DNA of 58,424 nt from Octopus bimaculoides (GCF_001194135.2 NC_068982.1:34874426-34932849); one strand, 5' to 3'. Numbered from the stretch's first letter, positions 11,497 through 24,638 are shown. The notes: generated from the sequence alone by a model not told the origin. Program-made: numbers and translations.

Positions 11497-11624
11497 ATAC
11501 ACTTAATTTTAAAACAAAATTTTAATTCGAACGAAGACAAGTCAAGACAGGAGGTCAACGAGAGCAGTATGTATCCGCAAAGAAACAATCAAGGTATGTA
11601 TACTTATTTGGCATTGCATATATT

Positions 11625-11835
11625 GCGAGATCGTGGGTTCGATTCCCAGACCGGGCGTTGCGTTGTGCTTTTGAGCAAAGCACTTCATTTCACGTTGCTC
11701 TGTGATCATTTGGTCATCTGACATGTGGCACTCGTTGCACCTGTACAGGTAATGTCAATTTATTGGACAGAGTGAACTTATGTGTAGCACAAACATTTAA
11801 TCACTCTAAACAAATCCTCTGTGTGGTTGTTCTAT
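11625..11835 (+). mobile_element. Family D SINE-like copy, 5'-truncated, different tail
   Basis: B-box gggttcgattcc followed by ttgagcaaagcacttcatttcacgttgctc. Confidence 0.7.
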
Positions 11836-11883
11836 AAGAAATTGTCGAACGCTCATACGTCGTCTAACGACGGGAGAGTCCAT

Positions 11884-11999
<116 letters not shown>

Positions 12000-12254
12000 T
12001 ATCTAGTAATCGATGAATGAAGCAGAAGAGGGATTGACATTAGTCTGTATTCAATACTACAATCGTTTCGACCCCTCCTGCGACTGTCTTTTAGGGGTGA
12101 GATGCTATGTGTCCAATTGTGTTGCATGAATCAGTGTACATGCATACATAAAGTGCTGTCCCTCTAAATATATTGAGTTCTTGTAGTTATGCTGATGTTT
12201 GCCCGCTGTACGAATATATATACATGCACACACACATATACATATGCATACATC

Positions 12255-12286
<32 letters not shown>

Positions 12287-12288
12287 CA

Positions 12289-12367
<79 letters not shown>

Positions 12368-12654
12368 TTCAACCACGGTAGTGGTTGAATATATTCTTAA
12401 GTCCACCATTTCGTCAATCGCAGCAGCTTCCAAGCTTCACCACTAATTCAGTTCTCAGCTAAATTGAAAACTGTTAACAGTTTTAAAGAGGACACCTCCT
12501 CAGCTACACTTAGGCATAAATAGTTTCAGATTTGGTTCAGTAGAAAGAAAGTTACATCAAAATGTCTACGACATGAAGGTGGGCAGTAAGGCACCTATTC
12601 ACCTTCAATTAACATAAACTTTTAAATTTAAAAATAAAAGCATACTTTTCTTAG

Positions 12655-12761
12655 GCTTAAATGACAGAAAAAAGTATGAGGAATTCAGAGTCGTTAGTCG
12701 CATTGAAAAAAAATTAGTAGAAGAAAAGTTATGGAGTGAAATGCCACGAAATTTAGTGTCA
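12655..12761 (+). CDS. Candidate exon (LNDRKKYEEFRVVSRIEKKLVEEKLWSEMPRNLVS)
   Basis: Acceptor catacttttcttag, donor tca|gtaaga; 107 nt; phase 1-to-0; composition looks coding. Confidence 0.45.
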
Positions 12762-12837
12762 GTAAGAGAGTAAGGGAGTAACGCTTCAACTATATGAATT
12801 AAAGAACATATTTCTAAAAGGAATGCTCAATTTCAAA

Positions 12838-13150
12838 GGTGGTGAGTTGGCAGAAATGTTATCTCGCCGGGTGAAATGCTTACCGGTGTTTCGCCTGTCT
12901 TTACGTTTTTTGAGTTCAAATTTCGCAAAGGTCGACTTTGACGTATAGATTATTTAATTAATTTTTTTTTAACTAAACACTTTTAAACTTCTGATACTGT
13001 TAGAATATGTCATAAAGAACAGGGTCTATTCTTAACGTTTTTGACAAAATTTCGTATTTTAGAAGCGGTATTTCGTCTATCTTTACGTTCTGAGTTCAAA
13101 TTCCGTCGAAGTAGACTTTGCCTTTCATCAATTTCGGATCTATTCAATTA
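12838..13150 (+). mobile_element. Family B SINE pieces inside a local tandem duplication
   Basis: Head ggtggtgagttggcagaa at 12838; central gagttcaaatt...gactttg present twice. Confidence 0.7.
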
Positions 13151-13608
13151 GACATACAGATTATGTAATCAATTTTTTAAAACTAAACACTTTCAAACTT
13201 CCGATACTGGTAGAATGTGTCACATACAACAGGGTTTACTCTTAACGTTTTTGACAAAATTTTGCATTTTAGAAGTTATTTCATCAGAAGTTACAGAGTG
13301 TCAATGGACAAATTCGTGTTTGATAAGTGCCAATACACGAAACTCTCAGCTTTTGACTTACTCTCTAACTTCTGCCGATGATATATATACATATTACATA
13401 TATGTGTTAAAAATCGAACCAGTGAAACCAATCAAACCAATGAAAGAACTTCTACCTGGTCGCTCGACTCGCTAAAAATAGCAGCCCATGTATCCCCCTA
13501 CCCAGTATTTTATAAGGTAAAATCCTAAATCATTAATCGACACATTATAACAGCAATACCTGGAAAATCACGGATTACATGGAAAAATGCATACATATAT
13601 ATGTATGC

Positions 13609-13655
<47 letters not shown>

Positions 13656-13661
13656 GGGTTG

Positions 13662-13860
13662 AGGAACACTCCGTCGGTTACGACGACGAGGTGATTCGGT
13701 CAACAGAACAACCTGCTCATGAAATTAACGTGCAAGTGACTGAGCAATCCACAGACACGTGTACCCCTAACGTATTTATCAGGGAGACTCAGCGTGACAG
13801 CGTGACAAGGCCGGCCCTTTGAAATACAGGTACTACTCATTTTTGCCAGCTGAGTGGACT
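13662..13860 (-). mobile_element. Family D SINE-like 3' portion
   Basis: Reverse complement agtccactcagctggcaaaaatgagtagtacctgtatttcaaagggccgg matches 57010-57203. Confidence 0.75.
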
Positions 13861-13922
13861 TATATATATATATATATATATATATATAAGATATATACAA
13901 TATAGATATATAATATATGTAT

Positions 13923-14136
13923 ATCCTTTCTTCTATAGTTACAAGGCCTGAAATTTTGGGGGCGGGAGCAAGTGAATTACATCGACCCCAGTGCGTAAAT
14001 GGTACTCATTTTATCGAACCCGAGAGGATAAAAAGCAAAGTCGACCTCGGCGGAATTTGAGCTCAGACCGTAAGGATGGATGAAATGCCGCTAAGCATTT
14101 GCCCGGCATGCTAACAATTCTGCGAGCTCAGCACCT
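13923..14136 (-). mobile_element. Family B SINE (~215 bp)
   Basis: Colinear with 46079-46296 over its full length. Confidence 0.9.
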
Positions 14137-14139
14137 CTA

Positions 14140-14177
<38 letters not shown>

Positions 14178-14402
14178 TGTCTCTCTCTCTCTATCTATAT
14201 AACGCACACACACACACACACATAAATGACTGCATATTTAAAGTTGTCCACTATGTTAAAAAGTAAAACTAAAATTATGAATATACAGTATGTTGAACAA
14301 GGCAAGTAGTTAGAAACCGCAAGAAACGAGTCTGCACTTCTTTTTGAGCCGTTAAGATAAGGAGCAGGAAACGTTCGGACAAAACAGTATTGACTATATT
14401 CA

Positions 14403-14616
14403 CGGCGGAAAGCTAACAGGACCATCAGCATGCCAGACAAGATGCTTACTGTCATATCGTCCTACTTTACTTTCTGAGTTCAATTTCCGCTGAGGTCGAC
14501 TTTGCATTTTACCCCTTCATAGTCGATAGAATAAGTACCAGTTGAATACCGGGGTTGATGTTATCAACTTCTCCCATCAAATTTTTAGGCCTTGTGCCTA
14601 TAATAGGAAGGATTAT
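14403..14616 (+). mobile_element. Family B SINE
   Basis: gagttcaatttccgctgaggtcgactttg...aataagtaccag...ggccttgtgcctataataggaaggattatt. Confidence 0.85.
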
Positions 14617-15544
14617 TGGCTATACTTGACTATACCTCTTAAATATATTATGGCCTTGGGCTTATGTTAGAACCACATTTTTTTAAAAAATGACTTTGAA
14701 TAGGAGACAGCCCAGACATGCTTCATTTTTGTTGTAGCTCATTAATTGAAGTGCCGACTCAGCATTATTTAACTATCAAATGGGTAATTAAACATACAGA
14801 TATGTATATTATTTGTAATTATTCTAAGACGGAATAAATGATGTTAGTTATCAATTAACACCATTCTCCTTTTATGGTATATGTGATTTTTAATTCGTAA
14901 TTTTTGTTTCTTTTTAGGCGCCTAAGCATTTAACATGCTTTGATATGTTAATTATCATACAGATGGAGCTTCAACGTAATTTAATTAATACATACTGACG
15001 CACATTTATTGGAGTACATAATTGTATGTGCATGCGTGTCGTGTGCGTATGTGTGAGTTTTTGTGCACGATTCGGCATGCATTTTTGTGTGTGCATATGT
15101 GAATATCTATAATTAAGGAGATCAGTAAATACATGTATCGTATCGGTAGTCAAATTATCTTATTCATAAGCATGTCTCAATTTCTTCTATGTAATTGTAC
15201 ATTCACCTCGTAAATTTTGCGTTTTTTAACATGTAAATTTCGCATTTTTAACACTAAATTTCGAATTCTTTTTACGCAGACATTTTTTATACTACACGAG
15301 CTTACAGCTTTTATTTATACTATATGTAGGTGCAACAAGGTGAAAATATAACAGGACTAACTAACACGCTGAGAAAATGATTTGGAATCACAGGGAGAGT
15401 AGATAGTTCAGCTGCTTAACATTTGCACTTTCCATAAATACTTACACATATGACGAGAATAAAACTACACGCGTGAAAGCAGTGCCAGTTAAAACAAAAA
15501 AATTCACCATCAAAACCACTTAAAAATTTCGTCTAAATAATGGT

Positions 15545-15745
15545 TTAAAATTTTGACACAAGGATAGTAATTCCGAGGGAGGGAGTAAGTCAAGTAAGTG
15601 TTTGACTGGTACTTATTTTATCGACCCCTAAAGGATAAAAGACAAAGTCAACCTCGGCGGAATTTGAACTGAGAACGTAAAGACAGACGAAATGCTGCTA
15701 AGCATTTTTCTTGACGTGCTAACAATTCTGCCAACTCGCCGCCTT
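15545..15745 (-). mobile_element. Family B SINE
   Basis: Reverse complement begins taaggcggcgagttggcagaattgttagcacg. Confidence 0.85.
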
Positions 15746-15919
15746 ATCTCCTCTAAATAATAAGAACAACTTATGTACTATTAACACATTTGCTGTACAA
15801 ATCACATCACATGACTCTTTCATATTGGATTACTACGGAACGTACTTATATTCTGAAAATCATAATACGTACTGTCCTTTAACAAGCACCACGCACGACC
15901 CATATATCTGAATATACAC

Positions 15920-16075
15920 CAGTGGTTCTCAACCCGGGTCCACATGACCCTTGGGAGTCTATATAAAATTGTGTTAAAATTTATGTGCAATAAATTGGTC
16001 ATACTTGTACAATACACAATATATTTTAACGATTTTTTCATACAGCCCCTAATGATATTTAATTATAAAAATGTA
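15920..16075 (-). mobile_element. hAT-type MITE, partial
   Basis: Begins with intact TIR cagtggttctcaacc; interior is the reverse complement of 21900-22054. Confidence 0.7.
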
Positions 16076-16190
16076 ACAGGATTACAAGAAGGTTTGCTAT
16101 CCACCTGTTCTTGTTGATTACCATAATCCAAACGGGAACAGATAAAGCAAATCGGTTACCGTACATACCAGTATACAAGTCAACGTTATA

Positions 16191-16413
16191 TGCGAGGGTG
16201 GGGGTCTGAAAAGTTCCTGGCTTTAAGGTGTCACGAAAGGCCTGGCTGGAGGAAAAGCTTCCGAATTCTTTCAGAGGGCTTAGAAAACTGAACGACTGCT
16301 GCAATAAGTGGGTGAATCTGAGAGGAGGGATATGTTGAATAAAATCATAATTAAGTGATCCTCATATATTTTCTTTTACCTCAAAGCCAGGAAGGTTTCA
16401 GCACATCCTCGTA
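16191..16413 (+). mobile_element. Mariner-derived MITE, copy 2
   Basis: TIRs gagggtgggggtctgaaaagttcctggcttt / aaagccaggaaggtttcagcacatcctcg, TA flanks. Confidence 0.88.
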
Positions 16414-16726
16414 TAGTGTAAACATGTAGTGTAACATTCAAACATTGTCACTGACTTTCCAGTTGCTACTATATTTCACATGGAAACTTTAACCCTCTAA
16501 ATTTCTCATGTATAAGCTTTTTTTGGTTGTAAATTTTTGTGGGAAAAATTCGACTTGTATGCCGAAGAATACACAATATATATAGCAATAAAATTTCCAC
16601 AGCTATCGTCAAACATTTTAAAAATTATTGCTCTTTTTCTTTTTGCTAAAGCCTTTTCATCGCATTTCATTCCCTGTTTTTAATGTAAATATTGTGTAAT
16701 ATCAGGCCAGGGTAATTTAGTTCCAG

Positions 16727-16820
16727 GTACTAGTTTCACTTGGGGAACAACTAGCCAAAGTGCTACCAAACTATAAACGAATAAATGACATAAAATGCGG
16801 ACCGCGGGACTTTCTGAATG
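16727..16820 (+). CDS. Candidate exon (VLVSLGEQLAKVLPNYKRINDIKCGPRDFLN)
   Basis: Acceptor tttagttccag with an in-frame stop just upstream, donor atg|gtacgc; 94 nt; phase 0-to-1. Confidence 0.4.
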
Positions 16821-16999
16821 GTACGCCAACAAAAAGTTACTTTGAATTTTTTAATAATGTGCCCTCCCGATGATCAGTATATGGCTTCAGCCAACCACAA
16901 TATGTATTCTAATGCATTCATTTTCATTCTATAGCAAGAAAAAAATCGTTGGTATAGTCTTCATTCTCAATACCCTATTGAAGTTTATTTTTGCTATAG

Positions 17000-17062
17000 C
17001 TTTCATTAGAGATATTACAACGACTAACTTTACGAGGAAACAGACTTACATATCACTAATCT
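17000..17062 (+). CDS. Candidate exon (FIRDITTTNFTRKQTYISLI)
   Basis: Acceptor tttatttttgctatag, moderate donor ct|gtaaag; 63 nt; phase 1-to-1. Confidence 0.3.
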
Positions 17063-17344
17063 GTAAAGAAAATGTAGTTAATGAATCATAACCTCTTCCC
17101 AGCAGTTGTGCTGTTGCTACAGGCCCATAAGCTTTTCATAATCCTTACGTATTTACTAAGTTAATTGATTAGAATATATAAATGTGCTTATGTAATAATT
17201 TTAAATACTTGAGAATTTGTTAGGGAAAATAAGAGAAAATGGGCAAAGAAATTACAAACAACAAGAGAAACAATTACAGCAGCAGTAACAACAAAACAAC
17301 AACACCAACAACACATAAAGCAACAACAGCAGCAACAAGAACGG

Positions 17345-18310
17345 CAACAAGGTGAATGGCGGAAACGACTCAACGAGCACGCAATCTTGGGGTGGTAGCG
17401 ATATCAGCACAGTACATCTCTCTCTCAAAATGACAATCCGGCACCCTGACACAAACTAAACAGTGAAAGTGAATGTGAGGAGAGCCCAGCTTGCAATTCT
17501 AGCCAAACCTTATGTCGTATCGGTCATCACCCGGGACAAGGACCGCATTACCAGATTGAGGTCGAAACGTCTGCAGCTGGAACAAACTCTCTAAAGGACG
17601 ACCTACTAGGTAACCAGATCCAGGATAATCCTAACCCTAGACCTGTAGTGACGCCACCAAAAACATCACCTAAAGCAAAACGCATAAAATGGACTAGAGA
17701 GGATTATAGAGATGTGTTGAAAGCTTTTTATACAGCCCAACTAAACTCAAATAATAACCTCATAGTACAAACTTACATTTCACGAAGAAACTTAGTAGGC
17801 AATGAAGTACACAGATATATAAATGCAAATGATCTAAGTAATGTACGTAGACATCATTAAGAATAAAAAGTTAACTGACACTGAAATTAGCCAAATTAGG
17901 ACACAAATATCTCATGGTAGACCAAATAAAAACAACAACAATGCAGATGAAATAGGTAACAGATGCACAAAACCCAGTGTACGACCAGTACATCCCAACG
18001 AGGAAGCTGGAGAAAGAACGGCGAAAAACAGATATGCGGAAAAAGAGGAGAAAGTAGACCTACCACTAGAACACCAGAATAGGTATGACACAGGATTTGA
18101 GGTGAATAATAATGAGATCATAGAAGCAGAAGAAGATATTATCAGAGAACTCAGCAAGACTGAGGCTACTGACATCATCAATAAAGAACCACTGGCAAAG
18201 TTCTCAAACAGCATTAAAACAACATAATCATAATATATCATGATTATGTTGATTTATTTTTTGAAGCAGTAGAAGACACACAAGATGTCGAAATATCATT
18301 CACAAGATAA
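17345..18310 (+). mobile_element. R4/Dong-clade non-LTR retrotransposon, 5' ORF fragment (Myb-like N-terminus), frameshifted
   Basis: KRIKWTREDYRDVLKAFY...NANDLSNVRR / IIKNKKLTDTEISQI resembles the N-terminal motif of R4/Dong ORFs; ends at a (TAA)n array. Confidence 0.7.
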
Positions 18311-18311
18311 C

Positions 18312-18312
<1 letters not shown>

Positions 18313-18380
<68 letters not shown>

Positions 18381-18387
18381 TAATAAT
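18313..18387. repeat. (TAA)n array
   Basis: Directly visible. Confidence 0.95.
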
Positions 18388-18942
18388 GCTCTGATGCAGT
18401 ACCAGGTAGTGGCTCTCATGGCTTCTGATCTTTACTGATTGGAAGTGTTATCATGTACATTGTTTTGTCTTGGTATAAAAGATGGACTACAGCAAATATT
18501 CTGCTCAATACCACAGATTTGCTTGTCAATTGCTTGACCATAAGTATTTGAGCATGTCCCTTAGTGGCTGACAATATGTGGATTGCTGATCATGCGCAGA
18601 AGTAGTGGGGAAGCACCATAGCCATGTGTCGAGAGGAATTCTTTGGGGTCTGAATAATTCAGCTCTGGAAACATGTGTGTTTCGTTCATCATCCTTAAAC
18701 AAACCTTATTCAGGGATCTTTTGAGCTGGATGGGCTACTAAACCCAAAGAAAATTCTAACTAGGCCCCACCTGCAAGGTCATGTACTGTTTACTTTGATA
18801 TAAGATCACCATGCCGCGCATATATGGTTGAGATGCATGTGCTTGATGTACCCTTATCAGACGGGTAGTCATAATGGGTATATTGGGCTTTGTATATCTG
18901 TACCATAGTGTCACTTAGATGGCATGTACTGCTCTCTTACAC
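18388..18942 (+). mobile_element. ~555 bp non-coding interspersed repeat ('C-element'), full length, between TAA arrays
   Basis: Homologous to 19156-19440, 29519-30067, 31140-31413 and 32106-32398; I found no long ORF, TIR or Pol III boxes. Confidence 0.85.
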
Positions 18943-19155
<213 letters not shown>

Positions 19156-19440
19156 GCCCTGATGCAGTACCAATTAGTGGCTCTCATGGATTCTGATCTT
19201 AACTGACTAGAAGTGTTATCATGTACATTGTTTTGTCTTGGTATAAAGATGGGCTACAGCAAATATTCTGTTCAATACCACAGATTTGCTTAACAATTAC
19301 TTGACCTTAACTATTTGAGCATATCCCTTAGTGACTGACAATATGTGCATCTCTGATCACGAGCAGAAGTAGTCGGGGAGCATCGTAGCCATGTGTTGAG
19401 AGGAATTCTTTGGGGCTTGGATAATTCACCATTGGAAACG
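19156..19440 (+). mobile_element. C-element, 5' half
   Basis: Starts gccctgatgcagtacc directly after (AAT)n; joins the Dong RT fragment at ~19440. Confidence 0.85.
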
Positions 19441-19442
19441 GA

Positions 19443-20917
19443 TGCCTTCTGCATGGATGATCTGAAGTTTTTTTAGTAAGTGTGAAAATGAGACAGATTC
19501 GTTAATACAGACTGTAAGACACTTCAGCAAAATCACAGGTAAGGAATTTGGCATTAATAAGTGTGGAATATTAGTCATGAGAAGGGGACAGGTAGACAAC
19601 AGCGAAGGCATCTAGTTACCTGATGGCCAGACATTAAAATCATTGAAAGGAGGAGTGAGTTATAAGTATCTAAAAATATTAGAATCTGACAGAGTACTAA
19701 CTATAGAAATGAAAACGAAAATTGAGGAGTACATCAGAAGGTTGAGGAAGGTTGAGTCAAAGCTAAATGGTCCGAATCTAGTGAAGGCTGTAAATACTTG
19801 GGCAGTATAATTGCTTAGATACTCAGAAGCTTTTGTAGATTGGACAAAAACTGAATTAGCAAAGCTAGACAGAAGAACTGGGAAAGAATTCAATATGAAT
19901 ATAGGACTCCACCCCAGGGCAGGAGTAGTAAGACTATACTTGCCCAGAAAGGAAGGCGGAAGAGGGTTGATATCAGTAGAAGACTGCGTAGAGTTAGCTA
20001 GAGTAGATGTAGACTCCTATGTAGGTAATAGTGAAGAAAGTTTATTAAAACCTGCTAGAGTCACAGCAAGACATAGGGAAACCAAAAACCCAAACGAAGT
20101 TAAAAACCAGAAAAACAGAACAGAAATTATCTTACTGGCAGAAGAAGGCGCTGCATGGTAGAATCCCAAAGATATTTGCAGCGAATAGTAGTAAGTCATG
20201 GTTATGGTTGCAGAAAGGAAGGCTGAAAAGGGAGACAGAAAGTTTGTGAGTAGCAGCACAAGATCAAACATTAAGGACTGACTGGATAAAAGCAAAGACA
20301 GACGAAAACTAAGTAGATTCCCTATGCAAATCAAAAGAGGAAGGTGTTATTCATATAGTAAGTGAATGCAGTATACTGGCACAGAAATAATACAAGAAAA
20401 GACCTGACAACTTAGGGAGGATAATATACTGGAAGTGATGTAGGAAGCTAGGATTTGAACATACTAGTAACGAGTATGAACACGAACCTAGTAAATTATT
20501 AGAAAGTAAGACTGGCAGAGTAATAGAAGCTAGAAGGCCTGATTTAGTAGTAGTAGATAAAGAGGATAGAAAGTGCCAGATAATTGACTTCACAGTTCCA
20601 AATGAAAATATCAATATGAGAGGGATAGATAAAATAGCAAAGTATTAGGACCTATTCATTGAATTACAGAGACTATGGAAGGTGTGGTTAAAATGTATCC
20701 CAGTAGTTATAGGTGCATTAGGAACTATCCCTAAAGATCTGAACAGATGGATAGAGGAAATACGCATGAAGTCCAGTTTAGTACAGCTCCAGAAAACTGT
20801 GTTATTAGGGACAGCTAGGATACTTAGGAGGTTTCTTGGTATCTAAGATTACTTGTTGTAACCCGATGTAAGGATTTTTTTCTTTTCCAACAGTCTAATC
20901 TGTTGTTCGTATATGAA

Positions 20918-20920
<3 letters not shown>
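19443..20920 (+). mobile_element. R4/Dong-clade LINE 3' part (RT C-terminus, CCHC knuckle, restriction-like endonuclease, 3' UTR), decayed
   Basis: FCMDDLKFF (YMDD-like), LHPRAGVVRLYLPRKEGGRGL, HIVSEC, EARRPDLVVVDK...IIDF...KIAKY, IPVVIGALG, LQKTVLLGTARILRRFL*; several stops and deletions; followed by (TAA)n. Confidence 0.92.
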
Positions 20921-20976
<56 letters not shown>

Positions 20977-21006
20977 TAATAATAATAATAATAACAATAA
21001 TAATAA
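20920..21006. repeat. (TAA)n array at the LINE 3' end
   Basis: Directly visible. Confidence 0.95.
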
Positions 21007-21687
21007 TACGTATTGTTGTGGTTGATGATGTTATTGTTGTTGTTTCTCACCATCACCATAATGATTATTTGAAAATCTGTTTCCTTTTTATTATTCAGTT
21101 ACTGTGTAAACATATTTACAATCAACTCTATATTTGCTTGAGAAAAAAACTTAAGAGAAACAGTATGTGTGAGTGTGATACATATGCTTGTGTGTGAGTG
21201 TGATTAACGAAACGGAGAAAGATTGTAAAAGTGAAAAAATAGAGAGAAAGAGAACATTTTAGGAATTAATGCTGACTTAATACATAATCCTTCTTCCAAG
21301 TAATTTGCTCAGAATGTAAAGGAAATTTTAAATTAAATTCTGTAATTATATCTAGATCACACACATTTTTAACAGCTGTAAGTGAAACAATCTCCACTTC
21401 CATTTTGCTGCTAATGTTACCATATCTTATTTTTAAGTTGAACTTGTCTGAAACAGGAACCCCGAAGCTGCACACATTTTGCATAACATAAAATTGATTT
21501 TATAAAGAGTAAACATGGAGATTGTAAAAATATTGAGTATCCCATCGCCATGTTTCCTTTTATTCATTAGTGTATCATACGAGCTTTCCAAGAGATGATT
21601 ATATTCTGAATGTATAGAGGCCAACTGGCATTTTGTCTGTTTGTTCCTTCCAAAACCACGAATGAATTTAAGTTTATTGTTTTCAAG

Positions 21688-21726
21688 CACTTGAATGGAT
21701 TTTAAATGTTTCTGGTGCTTATACGG
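21688..21726 (+). CDS. Weak candidate exon (LEWILNVSGAYT)
   Basis: Donor cgg|gtaaga is strong, acceptor gttttcaag is atypical; phase 1-to-1. Confidence 0.2.
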
Positions 21727-21811
21727 GTAAGATATTCTTCACTGTAGCCACCTTATTTGTTATGAAACTATGACGATGGTACCATTCGGCCAAAAATAGG
21801 ATAATCTAAGC

Positions 21812-22054
21812 CATAGATTCTCAACCATTTTCAGCCTATAATCCCTTTGATTCCTATTTTACTCTACTGCCCCCACTCCACCCAACAGACACACGTTAAC
21901 AAAAATATTCTATTGTATTCTTATAATTAAAGGTTATTGGGAGTTGTATTAAAAAAATTGTTAATGCATTTTGTGTTTTACTGAAATATAACCAAGTTAT
22001 TGCACATAAATTTTAACAACAAAATCTTATATGGACCCCGGTTGAAAACTACTG
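21812..22054 (+). mobile_element. hAT-type MITE with both termini
   Basis: catagattctcaacc ... ggttgaaaactactg; I could not recognise a TSD. Confidence 0.75.
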
Positions 22055-22744
22055 TAGAGTCTACACACTCTATGAGCAGCGTCTACCCTTTAATACTCTT
22101 TAATATCCAAAAATTTGAACGAAACTTGTTTTCATTGAATGTGTCGAAATTTATCCATTAAACAGGTAACTTACATACAAAGATATAACTTACAAGACCA
22201 CTTAAATAGATTATCAGACTGATAGCAGCATGCGCATGGATATGTTCTTATTCGAATGTGAACTTGAACAGTAATATATTCAAGATCTGCTCAAAGGTAC
22301 TAAGTTCTATTGAAACGATTATCAAAGAGAGCGAACAATGGAAATATCGAATCAGTCTTGTATGCTTTTGGACAAGAAAGTATGAAATAATAACGTTCTT
22401 CGCACGAAGTAACAAAAAGCCGTCCTAGAGGAGATTGATTTACTAAATTTCAAAGATTCTACTTGACAGGATAACAAAGTAACATTGAATAGCTGGGAGT
22501 GAGACGACATTGATCGTACGCTGACCCACTGATCCAAGAGTGTGAGGACAGAAAAGAAAATGACTTAATTTTGAGACGCCTCGTTAACAGTCGAAAATGG
22601 TTAAAAAAACTTAGTTTTGATATTATTAGAAGTATAGCAGTTTAGTTGCTAAAATATAACCACAAGTATTTCGAGCATTTAGTGCATTTTATTTATTTAC
22701 CTCTTTGTTTGGTAATATAGGTTAGTTAGTTGGTCTCAGATTTT

Positions 22745-22928
22745 ATCAGCAATTTCAGGGCAGGGTGTAAGTCGATTACATCGATCCCAGTGCTCAACTG
22801 GTACTTATGTTATCGACCCCGAAGGGATGAAAGGCAAGGTCGACCACGGCGGAATTTGAACTCAGAACGGACGAAATGCCGCTAAGCATTTTGTTCGGCG
22901 CTCTTACGGTTCTACCTGCTCACCGTTT
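22745..22928 (-). mobile_element. Family B SINE
   Basis: Colinear with the reverse complement of 46079-46296. Confidence 0.85.
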
Positions 22929-23899
22929 TAGGTTAGTTAATATATTGATGTATTGTTTGAATTCTTAAGGCTAGGCTAGGGATTGGGGAAAATGCATAGG
23001 AAGTATATTTAGAGAAACGAAGTCCTGGAAAGACGAAGTCAGATAACAGAATGAGACAGATTAAGGAGCGTCGGGCGAAATGAGTGGGCTGAAGTGGAGG
23101 CGGTATGTTGTCAGCGAGTTAAAAAGTTTGTACACAAAGAAAAAAAGTGTTTGATATGTGTAGATTATAGCTTAATGATAAACGCATGATCTATGTCAAA
23201 TTGTGAGGGCGAAAAAGCTTTTTTTTACCGGGATAATGAATTTCTTTTGATGAAACGAGAAATATCAATACAAGTACAGCATCATTTCCCGGAACCTTTG
23301 GACCCACAGCCTTTCTGGATTACTGACTTTTTCGAACCAGAGGTGGTCATCTCAGAATTAAATGAATTCAAATGTTACGTAAATAATCAAATGAAATACA
23401 GCTACCTGTACATTAATATAAATGATACAAGTTTAGGATCTTTTCTGTTTCGCTGACAACTTTCATCCTCTTCAATTTCTGTTCGAATTGATTTCATATT
23501 CGGGGTAATGATACACTTTTTATGCTAATCAGTACCTTGAAATTCATTTTCGGCATAAATCAACAAAGAAAGAGTTAATACCTTTTAAAGTTTGCAAATT
23601 TTGGGTAATTTTAGCTAATCGTAAGCCAAAGATACATTCATGCCTGTTTCCATAGTAACAAACCAAGCACGACAACTCTTTTGTCTGCGAGAAAGCATGT
23701 GTTGACAAATGTATTTTATTCATTGTGGTAGTGGTGAGATGTGGTAAACTTTACAGCTAAATAGGCCTTAAATCACACACTCTCAACTTTTTTGTTTTGC
23801 TTTTGCATAATCGTAGGAATTCCCGTGCGCAGAATACAAATTTGCAAAAATTTTGTGAAATTCCCCTAACATAAAATAATTATGATGAATAATATGGCT

Positions 23900-24170
23900 T
23901 GCTTAAAGCAGAATTCCGCCAGTATTTCATTTGTTTACAATTGCCAACATGTGCTGTCACGCACAAAATGAGATCTTCTAAATCCTGTTTTCTTACTGGG
24001 TAAAAATTATCAAACTTTAAACCTCTATAACTTTTGAAAATATATTTCTGGAAAAAGTGAAATATCTCCTGAGATTCATCTTGGAAAACTACATTAATGT
24101 GCCAAATTTTAAAATTTTAAGTAAACTTTGAATTTTGGAAAATTAGCAGCCAAACTGAAAAGGTCCATGA
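23900..24170. mobile_element. AT-rich MITE-like repeat; 23945-24051 recurs inverted at 26191-26297
   Basis: Visible reverse-complement homology; family unassigned. Confidence 0.55.
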
Positions 24171-24199
24171 TACAAGTTTATTCATACAGTACGTTTAAG

Positions 24200-24345
24200 G
24201 GTTCCGTGAAGAAGAGTACCTTGATAAACCAGTCTGGCAGCTGCTGGAACTGGAGGTTTCTGATCGTGAATTAGTGAAGATTATAAGTGGTTTCGGATCA
24301 CCAGTGTCCGGAAAATCGTTGTGCCTATATTTTCATCGATTATGA
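24200..24345 (+). CDS. Candidate exon ending in a stop (FREEEYLDKPVWQLLELEVSDRELVKIISGFGSPVSGKSLCLYFHRL*)
   Basis: Protein-like 47-codon frame after gtttaag; phase-1 start; acceptor is weak. Confidence 0.25.
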
Positions 24346-24518
24346 AATTTAAGAAAGTTCATGCATCAATTCGTGCGAGGTCACTGATCTCGACAGTGAT
24401 TTTAAGCTCTACTTTGGTTAATATTCTTAAAAACATTATAAACTCACCAGGTGTCACAAAATTTACTGAATTAAGACATGTTTTATTGGCATGTGAACTA
24501 GACAATTCCCTTGTTATT

Positions 24519-24555
<37 letters not shown>

Positions 24556-24627
24556 AACTGAGCCGTGCCTGTATCATTTAAAATTGCCTTTTCTGTAATT
24601 CGGCATTTTAAAAGAGGGCACTAGTAA

Positions 24628-24638
24628 ACATTGTAGCT

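Noticed and set aside
17050-17060. 11 nt minus-strand microexon with consensus sites (ttttctttacag / gtaagt)
   Set aside because: Overlaps candidate plus exon 17000-17062 in antisense and has no phase-linked neighbours; it cannot be supported without RNA data.
18388-18942. HDV-like ribozyme in the C-element
   Set aside because: I found a possible 7 bp P1-like pairing on the minus strand but not the P1.1, P3/L3 or catalytic C elements; an automated descriptor search is needed.
21250-21690. Possible LTR-retrotransposon protease remnant on the minus strand
   Set aside because: The resemblance is only impressionistic; there is no intact D(S/T)G motif, and no RT, integrase or LTR nearby.
23193-23456. 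87 aa plus-strand ORF with a protein-like middle (HHFPEPLDPQPFWITDFFEPE)
   Set aside because: No convincing acceptor, no recognisable motif, and a similarly plausible frame exists on the other strand.
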